Assembly: GCA_963781885.1 (NCBI GenBank)
Contig: CAWAHW010000005.1
Coordinates: 32,001-96,000 of the forward strand
DNA length: 64,000 nucleotides
Direction: 5' to 3'
DNA from: an uncultured Spirochaetota bacterium
Lineage (GTDB): Bacteria; Spirochaetota; Spirochaetia; SZUA-6; Fen-1364
The translations under genes and the position numbers were made by a program. Below, in pieces: positions 43,318 through 52,858 of the stretch; the stretch's first letter is position 1, and the number at the start of each line of letters is the position of its first letter. The notes beneath the pieces are model-generated. The model was not told the DNA's origin and did no database searches. It was given only the letters and a program-made list of their open reading frames with translations.

Positions 43318-44171
43318 ACAAGAAAGAAGAGGGAATGCCGACCGCTCCCGCGCGAACGGCACAGAACATCGGTGTCGAGGTCTATGCCGGCCGCGAGCTT
43401 GCGGCATTTGCCGGCCGCGAGCAGCCCCGCGGAGTACCGTGGGAGGCGGCATTTGCCGGCCGCGAGCAGCCCCACTCACGGGAAGTGCACAGGGGCGGAC
43501 GCGCCGTCATATTGATTGCGGCAGGCGCGCGGCTGCCCGCCGCCTGCGCCATGACGTTCACCACGGTATCGGATCGTCAGCGCGCCATTGAAGTCAGGGT
43601 GGTGCGGTGCTCGGCGGACGCGCGGCCTTCGGGCGTCGTTGGGCGCTTTCTGCTTCCCGGCCTGTGCGACGGCGCGCGGGGGGAGGCACGCATCGACATC
43701 GGGCTGTCGCTCGACCAGGGCGGCGTGCTCCGCGCCTGGGCGGCAGACCGGGCGAGCGGTGCGCGCCAGGAGGCGTCCTTTGCCGGGCTGTGGGCTCTGG
43801 AGCCCGAGCTTCGGCCTGACGCGCGCGCGGCGCTCGCCCGGCGCGTCGACGCCGGCATCGATCGGGTCGAAGACGGCGCCCGGGAGGCCCTTCGGACTGA
43901 CCGCGACGAAGCCGAAAGATGGGCCCTCGGGGCCGGGCAGCCTGGGCGGGAAGCCTCTGCGGATTATGCGACCGCGTTGGCGACGCTCGCCGGTGAGATC
44001 GACGCGCGCCTGGCCCGCCGCGAACTTGCGGCATTTGATACCCGCCACGACCAGCCCCGCGGAGTACCGCGGGAGGCGGCATTTGATACCCGCCACGACC
44101 AGCCGCGCGGGATGCGGCAGGAGCCGGCAGCGAAGAAAGGCCGCGAAACCGGGCCCGGCGCCCGGGGGTAG
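43314..44171 (+). CDS. stand-alone Hsp70 substrate-binding-domain-like protein (no ATPase domain)
   Basis: FTTVSDRQRAIEVRV...GRFLLPGL...RGEARIDIGLSLDQGGVLRAWAADRASG aligns by eye with the DnaK SBD-beta. Confidence 0.75.
   Translation: MNKKEEGMPTAPARTAQNIGVEVYAGRELAAFAGREQPRGVPWEAAFAGREQPHSREVHRGGRAVILIAAGARLPAACAMTFTTVSDRQRAIEVRVVRCSADARPSGVVGRFLLPGLCDGARGEARIDIGLSLDQGGVLRAWAADRASGARQEASFAGLWALEPELRPDARAALARRVDAGIDRVEDGAREALRTDRDEAERWALGAGQPGREASADYATALATLAGEIDARLARRELAAFDTRHDQPRGVPREAAFDTRHDQPRGMRQEPAAKKGRETGPGARG
43386..43473 (-). repeat. composite in-frame hairpin repeat block 1
   Basis: GCCGCGAGCTTGCGGCATTT...CCCCGCGGAGTACCGTGGGAGGCGGCATTT. Confidence 0.8.
44017..44110 (-). repeat. composite in-frame hairpin repeat block 2
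   Basis: GCCGCGAACTTGCGGCATTT...CCCCGCGGAGTACCGCGGGAGGCGGCATTT. Confidence 0.8.
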
Positions 44172-44177
44172 GCAAGC

Positions 44178-44594
44178 GTGCCACAGAAAGGATATGCCGG
44201 GCAGACCGCGGGAGATGTGCCGCGGCTGGGGAAGGTGCTTCTCCTCAGCACAAGCAGCGAGCGCCGTGCGGGAGCTGCGCGCGCGCTGGGCGCGCGCGGT
44301 TCCTTCACGGCATATGCCTACCTGCGCCACGCGCTCTGGGATGCCGAAGAGAACGTTCGCGCGAGCGCGATCGACGCCATCGGGGAGCTCGCGGTGAGCC
44401 AGTCGGCGGGAGAGCTCGCTGACGTCTACGCGTGGTCGGGTCCGCGCCTCCGCCGCGCCATCCTGCGCGTGGTGCAGCGCATCGGGACCGGGGCCGCCTT
44501 CGACGGCATCATCCGTCTGGCGTCCATCGATCCCGATCGCCGCGTGCGCGCGCTCGCGACACGCGCGGCGCAGATCCGCCGCGGGAGGTCCTGA
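44178..44594 (+). CDS. HEAT-repeat protein
   Basis: RAGAARALG, LWDAEENVRASAIDAIG, DPDRRVRALA helical repeats. Confidence 0.75.
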   Translation: MPQKGYAGQTAGDVPRLGKVLLLSTSSERRAGAARALGARGSFTAYAYLRHALWDAEENVRASAIDAIGELAVSQSAGELADVYAWSGPRLRRAILRVVQRIGTGAAFDGIIRLASIDPDRRVRALATRAAQIRRGRS

Positions 44595-44598
44595 GCCG

Positions 44599-45075
44599 AT
44601 GCGCAAGCGCTATGTCACCTTCAGCCTCGCCGCAGGCAGCTACTGCATCTCCGTGGACAGCGTGATGCAGATCCTGCGTCGGGAGAATCTCATCCAGGTC
44701 CCCAAGGCCCCGCCCTTTGTCGAGGGGGTTCTGAACATCCGCGGGGACATCCTCCCCGTGATCGATCTGCGCGCGCGGCTGGAGATCTCCCCCGGTGACG
44801 CGGCGAGCCGCGCCCCCGCGGACGCGCGCAAGAGACGCATCATCATCACGCGCGTGGGCGATCGCTCGTACGGACTGGACGTGGACGAGGTGCGGGAGAT
44901 CGTCGAGATCGAGGACGGGGGCATCACGACCGATGCCGCCACAATGCTCGGCGTCCGGCCGGACTTCATTCTGGGCATCGCGCGGCGCGAAGAGAGCGTC
45001 TACATCGTCCTGGATCTCGCGCGCGTCTTCGCCTCGGGAAGGGATGTCTCCGCGACTCTGCCGGGGACCTCATGA
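44599..45075 (+). CDS. cheW: chemotaxis coupling protein CheW
   Basis: VPKAPPFVEGVLNIRGDILPVIDL, GLDVDEV. Confidence 0.92.
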   Translation: MRKRYVTFSLAAGSYCISVDSVMQILRRENLIQVPKAPPFVEGVLNIRGDILPVIDLRARLEISPGDAASRAPADARKRRIIITRVGDRSYGLDVDEVREIVEIEDGGITTDAATMLGVRPDFILGIARREESVYIVLDLARVFASGRDVSATLPGTS

Positions 45076-47231
45076 TGGCGTCCGTGGGCCTGGATGACAC
45101 ACGTCTCCGCAAGGCGTTCCTCGAGGAAGCAGAGGAGCTCAGCCAGAAGCTGGGCGACTCCCTGCTGGGCCTGGAGACCGACGCGGGAAATGCCGATCTC
45201 ATCAACGAGGTGTTCCGCCTCACGCATTCGCTGAAATCGGAATCAGCCCTCATGGGCTTTGGGCGGCTGTCGGAGCTTGCCCATCGCATGGAGGACGTCC
45301 TGGGGCTCGCCCGCGACGGCACGCTCCGCCTCTCCAAGCCGGCCCTCGACGGCATCTTTGCCGGCGCCGACCTTATCGCGGAGATGATGGCTGCCATCGC
45401 AAAGGGTGACAGCGACTCGGATTTCGATACGGCGGCCGTGCTCGCGACACTTGCCGCTTTCGGCGCTGGACAGGGAAAGGCGCGCCAGGCGCCCGCGCCG
45501 GATAAGGCAGGAATGCCGCCAGGAGCGGCCGCAGGAATGCCGCCAGGAGCGGCCGCAGGAATGCCGCCAGGAGCGGCCGCGGAAACGCCATCCGTCGCGC
45601 CGACCCCCGCGGTCGGGTCGGACCTGCCTTCAGCGCTGAATGAGTTCCAGAGGAAGCAGCTTGCCGAAGCCCGCGACAGGGGAGAGACCCTGTACCGGAT
45701 CACCGTGCGGGTCGATCCATCGGAGCCCATGATGTTCCCGCGCGCCTACCTGGTCTTCTTCAACCTCGAGGCGCGGGCGAATGTCGTCCGCGTCACGCCC
45801 GCCATGGACGGCGATCCCGTCGACGATGCACTCTACGGCCGCACGGTGCTGCTCCTCACCGCACAAGAGGAAGAGGAGGCCCTCCGCACTGCCGCTGGCG
45901 TCGACCAGATCGCTGACGTGCTCGTCGAGCGGCCGGGCTATGAAGACTACCTTCGCCCGGCGACGCCTCCCGCCGCCGCAACGGCTGCCCTGGCGCCCGC
46001 CGTGGAGCCGGGCCCGGCCGCGTCTCCGTCAGAAGAGCCGGCGCGCCGGGTCGCCGCCGTGGAGAAGACGTCGATCCGGGTGGACACGCGGAAGCTCGAC
46101 GACCTGTGGAGTCTCATCGCGGAGCTCGTGCTCCACAAGTCCCACATCGCGCGGCTCTCCGACGACATCGGCAAGGGGGTGGACGTCCACACGGTGCAGG
46201 AAGAGCTCGTGGAATCCTTCGATTCGCTGGACAAGATCTCCGGGGGAATGCAGCAGGCGATGATGGACACCCGCATGATTCCGATCTCCGTCATCTTCAG
46301 CAAGTTCCCGCGCCTCGTGCGCGACCTTTCCCGCAAGGTCGGCAAGCCCGTCGAGCTGGACATGTCCGGCGAGGACACGGAGATCGACCGGGGCATCGTG
46401 GAAGCCCTCTCCGATCCGCTCACCCACATCATCCGCAACTCGCTCGATCACGGCATCGAGTTTCCCGAAGAGCGCGTGCGCCACGGCAAGCCCGAGAAGG
46501 GCCGCGTGAGCGTCGCCGCGCGGCGCCAGGGAGGGAACATCGTCATTGAGCTTACCGACGACGGCCGCGGCATGGATCCCGAGCGCATCCGGCACAAGGC
46601 GATCACGATGAGGATCCCCGGCGCGGACGCGTTCACCGAGTCGCAGCTTCTCGACCTCGTGTTCCTGCCCGGCTTCAGCACGAAGGAGGTCGTCACCGAC
46701 CTGTCGGGCCGCGGCGTGGGCATGGACGTCGTCGCCACCCGCATCCGGCGCGACCTGAAAGGCGACGTCGTCCTGCGCACGGAGGTGGGCAAGGGAACGC
46801 GGGTCACGCTGCTCCTGCCCCTGACGCTCACCATCGTCAACGCGCTGCTCGTGCGGGGGGACAACCAGATCTACGCAATTCCGCTCACGGACCTCGACTC
46901 GACGGCGAAGCTGCTCGCGACGGAAATCGGAGGGGAGGAGGGGAAAGAGACCTCCCTCTGGGCCGGTGAGGAGGTCGCCGTCTACTCGCTCGGAGCGCTT
47001 TTTGGAGCGGGCAGGCGCCGGGCGGAGGAGTATTTCGCGGCGGTCCTGCGGCACGGCGACCGCCGCGCGCTCTTGATCGTGGATGAGCTGATCGAGGAGC
47101 GCGAGGTGGTCATCAAGCCCGTGGACGATCTCCTGAATCCCGAGAGAATGTTTTCCGGCGTCTCCGTCCTGGAGGACGGCAGGCTCGTCTTCATACTTGA
47201 CACGTCGTTCGTTCGGCGCGAAAACTTCTAG
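45072..47231 (+). CDS. cheA: chemotaxis histidine kinase CheA
   Basis: Hpt FRLTHSLK, P2-like region, HIIRNSLDHGIE, DDGRG, GFST, SGRGVGMDVV, C-terminal CheW domain. Confidence 0.96.
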   Translation: MMASVGLDDTRLRKAFLEEAEELSQKLGDSLLGLETDAGNADLINEVFRLTHSLKSESALMGFGRLSELAHRMEDVLGLARDGTLRLSKPALDGIFAGADLIAEMMAAIAKGDSDSDFDTAAVLATLAAFGAGQGKARQAPAPDKAGMPPGAAAGMPPGAAAGMPPGAAAETPSVAPTPAVGSDLPSALNEFQRKQLAEARDRGETLYRITVRVDPSEPMMFPRAYLVFFNLEARANVVRVTPAMDGDPVDDALYGRTVLLLTAQEEEEALRTAAGVDQIADVLVERPGYEDYLRPATPPAAATAALAPAVEPGPAASPSEEPARRVAAVEKTSIRVDTRKLDDLWSLIAELVLHKSHIARLSDDIGKGVDVHTVQEELVESFDSLDKISGGMQQAMMDTRMIPISVIFSKFPRLVRDLSRKVGKPVELDMSGEDTEIDRGIVEALSDPLTHIIRNSLDHGIEFPEERVRHGKPEKGRVSVAARRQGGNIVIELTDDGRGMDPERIRHKAITMRIPGADAFTESQLLDLVFLPGFSTKEVVTDLSGRGVGMDVVATRIRRDLKGDVVLRTEVGKGTRVTLLLPLTLTIVNALLVRGDNQIYAIPLTDLDSTAKLLATEIGGEEGKETSLWAGEEVAVYSLGALFGAGRRRAEEYFAAVLRHGDRRALLIVDELIEEREVVIKPVDDLLNPERMFSGVSVLEDGRLVFILDTSFVRRENF
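45507..45578 (+). repeat. three perfect 24-bp hairpin units in-frame in the cheA linker
   Basis: GCAGGAATGCCGCCAGGAGCGGCC x3, encoding AGMPPGAA. Confidence 0.92.
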
Positions 47232-47242
47232 GAGGAGGCCTC

Positions 47243-47611
47243 ATGGGCGCCAACATACTCATTGCCGACGATCTGTCCTTCATGCGCATGATTCAGAAGG
47301 AAATCCTCACCGAACGCGGCTACACGGTCGTCGGGGAGGCGGCGGATGGTCTGGAGGCGGTGGAGAAGTTCAAGAGTCTCCGTCCCGACCTCGTTCTCCT
47401 GGACATCACGATGCCCAACATGAACGGCCTGGAGGCCATGCGGAAGATCTTCTCGCTCGATCCGCACGCAAAAGTGATCATGTGCTCGGCGCTCGGCCAG
47501 CAGAATCTCATCGTGGAAGCGATCAAGGCGGGTGTGAAAGACTTCATCGTGAAGCCTTTCAAGCCGGAGAGGATCCTCTCCGCCATCGAAAAGGCCCTGA
47601 AAACCTCCTGA
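47243..47611 (+). CDS. cheY: chemotaxis response regulator CheY
   Basis: single receiver domain: DD, LLDITMP, SA, KPF. Confidence 0.9.
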   Translation: MGANILIADDLSFMRMIQKEILTERGYTVVGEAADGLEAVEKFKSLRPDLVLLDITMPNMNGLEAMRKIFSLDPHAKVIMCSALGQQNLIVEAIKAGVKDFIVKPFKPERILSAIEKALKTS

Positions 47612-47629
47612 GGGGCGCAGGCGCGGGAC

Positions 47630-47668
47630 AAAAAAAAACGGTATGCCTGGACGTCCGCGCATACCGTT
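47630..47668 (-). terminator. intrinsic terminator for ftsI-maf, possibly bidirectional
   Basis: stem AACGGTATGC/GCATACCGTT followed by T9 on the minus strand. Confidence 0.7.
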
Positions 47669-47726
47669 GGTATGAGAAGAGGAATATTATCCTCACCAAA
47701 AAAGATCGGCGGCCCCCCGGGAACCT

Positions 47727-49577
47727 TTAGGGAAAAATCTTCCGTCGCGCGCGCCGCAGGAGACCCTGCTGCCATGCCGCCGACTCCGCGATTCCTTCGT
47801 ACAGCGCGGCGCTGCGCGCGAGCACGATGTCGCGGCTGGTGGCGCTGTCGCCATCGGCTTCGATCCCGTGAAGGGTCGCCTGCACGAGAAACCCCGCGAT
47901 GGTGCGGGAGGAGAGGGCGAGGATCCCCCGATCCACGGCGTCCATCTCTTCCAGACAGCGGCGCACGTTCTCCCTGCCGTGGAGGAGAGCCGCGAGCTCC
48001 CGGCTCAGGGACAGGCCGCGGCGGCAGAGCGCCGCAAGCCGGTCAAGCTCCTGTTCCACGGTCTCGATGCTGACGCGCAGACGCTCGCCCCCTCCCGTAT
48101 CCCGCATGCGATGCATCTCCCTCACGCGATCCATCGCGCGGTCGATCGCGGGCCGAAGCCGGGGCAGGGACAGCATCTGCTCCGAGGGCGCGTAGGGCAT
48201 GCCCTCGATGGCGACGCCGTCGGGTGAGAGCGTGGCGCATTGCAGCTCGGGATGAATGCGCAGCTGATTCTCGAACCACCACTTGTAGAGAAGCATTCTC
48301 CTGTCGGTGAACGTGACGCCGCCGCCCGTGGAGCGCGCCGGGAAAAGCCCGATGTCGCGGATGGAGCGCCAGGCGCTGCCCTCCGCCGGGGCAAGGCGGC
48401 CGGCCGAGGAATGCCATATTTCTTCTGCGAATACGCCCCTGCAGTGCGTGCGCATGCCCGGGAATCCCAGGTCAAGGCCGGCGGCGTAGATCGGGCGGGC
48501 GCCCAGAATGCGCGCGAGGTCCCACGCGGAGGTGGCGACCGAGCCCCCGGCTCCGAGCTTTCCTTTTTCTCCCACGGCCGTTTCCAGGATTTCCCCGAGC
48601 GGGAATAGCGAGCTGCAGAGGAAGAAGGGGGCAGCCTCGCGGCGGAAGACACGCGGGCAGGTGGACGGCTCGGCGACAAGGACGCCCTTCTCCGTGCCGG
48701 TCCAGTCGAGGTACCGGGAGGCCCAGTACTGCGGATCGACGACGACCGTGAAGTCCGGCTCCACGCCGCGGGCGCGCAGCGCGGCAACCGGCGTATTGAC
48801 CGAGATGATCAGCATGCGTTCCCGCAGCGCGGAAAGGTGCGGCATGAGCGCGTCAAGGCTCGGGCCGCCCGCGACCACAAGTCCGGGCACATCCGCGAAG
48901 AGTCCCGTGAGCTGCGTCACTCCGGGGCAGCGAAGAAACGCGTCGAGGTTGCGGCACAGGTTGCGCACCCACAGCCGTCCGAACCGGGAAAGGGTATTGA
49001 CGTTGATGTCCTTGCGGAGAGCCCACGAGTGAATCGTCTCTTCGGCGGCACGGTAGGCGGCGGGGAGCGCGCGAATTGCGGGCCGCAGGCGCAGGAAACA
49101 GGGCCGCGCCATCGGCAGCGCATCGAGGAGAACGGGCAGGCCTTCCGGCTGTGGGTCGACGTGAAAGCGCACGGCGGGATCGGCAAGCAGGGGCCGCAGA
49201 TCGCGGGCGGAAAGGGCGGCGGAAAATAGGCCGGCATCCGGCTCCACGACGAGGACGGGGATGCGCGGGAAAAGCCTCCGCGCGGCTTCCGCGCCGTATC
49301 CCAACCCGAATCCCAGCACGATGATCGCCGTGCACGCGGGATCGATCTCCCGCGCAGCCTGCTGGTCCGCGTCCCGGGCAGGATCGCGCAGCCCGTGGAG
49401 GTGGAGGCCGTCCAGAACGGCCGTGGGACGGCCGGACGGCGTGGCGATGATGGCGACCCGCGGCGAGGTCTTTTCTGCTGCGGCGGTCGATGCGGCAGCG
49501 GAAGGGTGGCGCGCCGCCAGCGCCTCGAAATTGGCCTTCCAGAATGAAGCGTCGGGGTCGCCTGCCGGCGCGCTCAC
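47727..49577 (-). CDS. motility-associated factor (Maf/DUF115) putative flagellin glycosyltransferase
   Basis: LGFGLGY, VAGGPSL, PDFTVVVDPQ, GGSVAT, AGLDLGF; GTG 49577 overlaps the ftsI stop. Confidence 0.82.
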   Translation of the reverse strand: MSAPAGDPDASFWKANFEALAARHPSAAASTAAAEKTSPRVAIIATPSGRPTAVLDGLHLHGLRDPARDADQQAAREIDPACTAIIVLGFGLGYGAEAARRLFPRIPVLVVEPDAGLFSAALSARDLRPLLADPAVRFHVDPQPEGLPVLLDALPMARPCFLRLRPAIRALPAAYRAAEETIHSWALRKDINVNTLSRFGRLWVRNLCRNLDAFLRCPGVTQLTGLFADVPGLVVAGGPSLDALMPHLSALRERMLIISVNTPVAALRARGVEPDFTVVVDPQYWASRYLDWTGTEKGVLVAEPSTCPRVFRREAAPFFLCSSLFPLGEILETAVGEKGKLGAGGSVATSAWDLARILGARPIYAAGLDLGFPGMRTHCRGVFAEEIWHSSAGRLAPAEGSAWRSIRDIGLFPARSTGGGVTFTDRRMLLYKWWFENQLRIHPELQCATLSPDGVAIEGMPYAPSEQMLSLPRLRPAIDRAMDRVREMHRMRDTGGGERLRVSIETVEQELDRLAALCRRGLSLSRELAALLHGRENVRRCLEEMDAVDRGILALSSRTIAGFLVQATLHGIEADGDSATSRDIVLARSAALYEGIAESAAWQQGLLRRARRKIFP

Positions 49578-51465
49578 CGCAGCTCCAGGACGATCGAGGT
49601 TCCCGCTTCGATGGGCGTCCCGGGTGCCGGCGTCTGGTGCGCGACGAATCCCGTGCCGTTGATCGTGACATTCAGATCGCTGCGCAGGAGGAGCGGCAGG
49701 AGCAGCTTCTTGGGCACACCCTTGAGGTCCGGCATCGAGTCGCCGATCGCGACGGGCGGCGCATATGCCACAGTATCGGGTGGGGTGGCGGGCCTGGTTC
49801 CCGTCCGGGGAATGCCGACCTTGTCGATGATGCCCAGCGCCACCGCACGGAATATGGGCGCCGCGATCTGCGAGCCGTAGTAGCTCTGCCCGCGGGGGTT
49901 CTGCATGGCGACATAGACGATGTAGCGCGGATCGTCGGTGGGGAATATGCCGATCATGGATGCCACGAAGTCCTCCGCGGAATACGTTCCGGTCTTCGGG
50001 TTGGCCACCTGGGCCGTTCCCGTCTTCGCGGATATCCTCACGCCATCGATGGCGGCCCGGTGAGCCGTCCCCGCGGGCCACGATGCGGTCTCCATCCAGC
50101 CGAGCATCGTGCGGGCCGTGTCCGGCGACACGACCTCCCAGAGCGGCTCCCGGCCGAACTCCTTCACCACGACACCCTGCGGTGAGACGATCTTCTTCAC
50201 GAGCTGCGGCTTCAGGAGAACCCCGCCATCGGCGATCGCCGTGGCGGCCGCCATCACCTGCATGGCGGACACGGCCACCTCCTGGCCCATCGCGATGGTG
50301 GGCTTGGAGCGCGCGGACCACTGCGACGCGGGCTTGAAAAGGCCGGCCGTCTCCCCCTGGAGCGGCACGCCGGTCGGTTTGCCGAATCCGAAACGCGAGA
50401 GCATGCGGTAAAAGCTTTCGTTGTCGGTCCTGTCAGAAGCGTAGGCCGCACCGACATTGGAGGAAAACTCGATGATCTTCTGCGGGGTGACGATGCCGTA
50501 CGGGGCCAGATCGCGGATGCGGATCACCTCGCCGCTGGAGAGTTTCTTCTCATACACGCCGGGCGCGTTGAACTGGTCCTGCGGCGTGATGGCCCCCAGG
50601 TCGAGAAGCGAGGAAAGGGAGAATATCTTGAACACGGACCCCGGCTCGTAGGCGGCGGTCACCGGCCGGTTCTTGAGCCCTTCCGCGTCGATCTGCGGCG
50701 AATCCTTCTGGAACTCGTTGGGATCGAAATCCGGCAGGGAGGTATAGGCGAGTATCTCCCCGGTATGCGCGTCCATGACGAGGATCGTGAGGAAGTCGGG
50801 CTTGTTGGCCTGCATCGCCTCCCGCGCCGTGGAGTCCGCGATGTACTGGAAGTCCAGGTCGATGGTGAGGAAAACCTGGTCCCCGTATACCGTCGATGCG
50901 TCGGTGCCGACCGAAGGGGGAGAGAGCTCGTTGTTGTAGGTGTATTCGATGCCATCCAGCGCCACGCCGTCCGCCCCGAGATAGCCGACGACGTGGGACG
51001 CGAGCCTTCCCTGCGGATAGAACCTGCTGAAATCGTCTTCGATCTTCACGCCGGGATCTTGCCGTCAGCCTTGAGCTTCGCGAGCGCCGCCGATTCTTCG
51101 GGGGTGATGCGCCGCTTGATCACGGCATAGCCGTCGTGGGAGCGCAGCGTTTCGAGCACGGCTGCAGGCTCCATGCCCAGCGCCGTCGCGAGCTCCTGCG
51201 CCGTCTCTTCCGCGTTCGTGACGGAGGGGGTCCAGACGGAGACCCGCTGGAGCCGCGTCGTGACTGCCAGGATCCTTCCCTGCCGGTCCAGGATGCTCCC
51301 CCGCTGCACCTCGGGCATGACGATGGTCTCCCCGCCTTCCTGGGCGGGAAGCACGATGGTGAGCCGCACGAGCTGGACGATGAGGACGACGGCGATAAGG
51401 CCCAGAAACGACGCGAAGACGACCAGGCGCCTCCGGGCGCGTGTCTTTTCGCTGCGATCAGTCAC
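49574..51465 (-). CDS. ftsI: class B penicillin-binding protein (FtsI-like) with PASTA domain (apparent 1-nt deletion ~51054)
   Basis: TM, RGSILDR, RFYPQG, YEPGSVFK, SSN, KTGTAQ. Confidence 0.85.
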
Positions 51466-51540
51466 GGGCAGCGTTCCCCTCCCACGGGCGCTTCATAGTA
51501 ATACGGCGCAGGACAAATGTCGATATGGTGGGTAGCGCCT

Positions 51541-52845
51541 ATGTTCACAGTTCTCCAGCGTCAGCACGTCGCAAAACGCGTCACCCCGCCCGTTCACCTC
51601 CGGGCGAACCCCGTCGGGGTCCGTTGGAGCAACAGGGAGCTTGGTGGGCAGCGTCAGGTGCCGGTGGCACGACCGGCGGCAACCCCGCAGCACCGTCGCG
51701 GAAAAGAACCGCCGAAAAAGCGGCGAATCCGCGAGGATAAGGGTCCGCGTTTCCTCCAACGGCAGCTCATTCTCGGCAGACGCCGCAGGGCCGTCCGCGC
51801 GCTGCGGTCGCATGTCGTCGAAAGCGCCCGCGCCTCCGCGCTGCGGCAGAATGCGCCCCGCACGGCGGCGGCGCTGAAATCCCGCCGCGCGTTTCCCCGG
51901 GCGCTGGGGCGGATTCTCCGCAGCCCGTGGCTTTTCATCGGGATCGCGGCGGCGGGTCTTGTCGTCACGCTGGCTCTGACGGGAAGCCTCACGGGGCTCG
52001 TGACCGCGCCGTCGCGACCCGAGCTTCCCGCGCCCGCGGATGTGGATCCTGCGCTCTACAGCCTCCTGGTGCCCGAGCCGGCGGCGCGTCCGTCCGGCGG
52101 GGTCAGCCCGGTCCTCCTCACGAGCCTCAAGGTGACCTCGTACAAGATCCAGGCCGGCGACAGCCTGTCCAAGGTCGCGGCGCGCTTCAAGCTGAACGTC
52201 GATACGCTGGTGAGCTTCAACGACATCACCGACGCGCGCGCCGTGGGCACCGGCTCGACACTCGACGTCCCGAACTCCGACGGCCTGAAGTACACGGTCC
52301 GGCGGGGAGATACGTTGCAGGGCATCGCGCGAAACGCGGGTGTGGACTTCAATGGGGTGCTGGACTGGAACGGCCTTTCCAGCTCCGTGATCCGCGCGGG
52401 ACAGCAGCTCTTCCTGCCGGGCGCGCGCATGAACCCGACCGACCTGAGCCGCGTCCTCGGCACCTTGTTCCGCTACCCCGTGTTCGGACCGCTCACCTCC
52501 TTCTTCGGCTTTCGCCCCGATCCGTTCACCGGCGTCCGCAGCTTCCACAACGGGATCGACATCGGCAGCAAGCCGGGCATCGCGATCCTCGCCTCCATGG
52601 CGGGCACCGTGGCCGAGGTGGGATTCAATCGCAACTTCGGCAATTATGTCATCATCAAGCACAATGGAGGCTACCAGACGCTCTACGGTCACATGACCCG
52701 CTATATCGTCGATCATGGGCAGAAAGTGGAGCAGGGGCAGAAGATCGGGGAGGTCGGGAGCACGGGATACAGCACCGGACCGCACGTGCATTTCTCGATA
52801 TTCAAGAACGGAGAGGCTGTTGACCCGCTTCACTTCCTGAAATAG
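51541..52845 (+). CDS. LysM + M23 peptidoglycan DD-endopeptidase
   Basis: basic N-terminus, TM, two LysM (GDSLSKVA, GDTLQGIA), HNGID...TGPHVHF. Confidence 0.9.
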   Translation: MFTVLQRQHVAKRVTPPVHLRANPVGVRWSNRELGGQRQVPVARPAATPQHRRGKEPPKKRRIREDKGPRFLQRQLILGRRRRAVRALRSHVVESARASALRQNAPRTAAALKSRRAFPRALGRILRSPWLFIGIAAAGLVVTLALTGSLTGLVTAPSRPELPAPADVDPALYSLLVPEPAARPSGGVSPVLLTSLKVTSYKIQAGDSLSKVAARFKLNVDTLVSFNDITDARAVGTGSTLDVPNSDGLKYTVRRGDTLQGIARNAGVDFNGVLDWNGLSSSVIRAGQQLFLPGARMNPTDLSRVLGTLFRYPVFGPLTSFFGFRPDPFTGVRSFHNGIDIGSKPGIAILASMAGTVAEVGFNRNFGNYVIIKHNGGYQTLYGHMTRYIVDHGQKVEQGQKIGEVGSTGYSTGPHVHFSIFKNGEAVDPLHFLK

Positions 52846-52858
52846 AGTGGTGACGATT

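Noticed and set aside
47727-50321. 864-aa extended Maf ORF, and similar upstream extensions of topA, xerC, fliP and mraY
   Set aside because: The extensions overlap neighbouring genes in another frame; better starts overlap the upstream stop codons.
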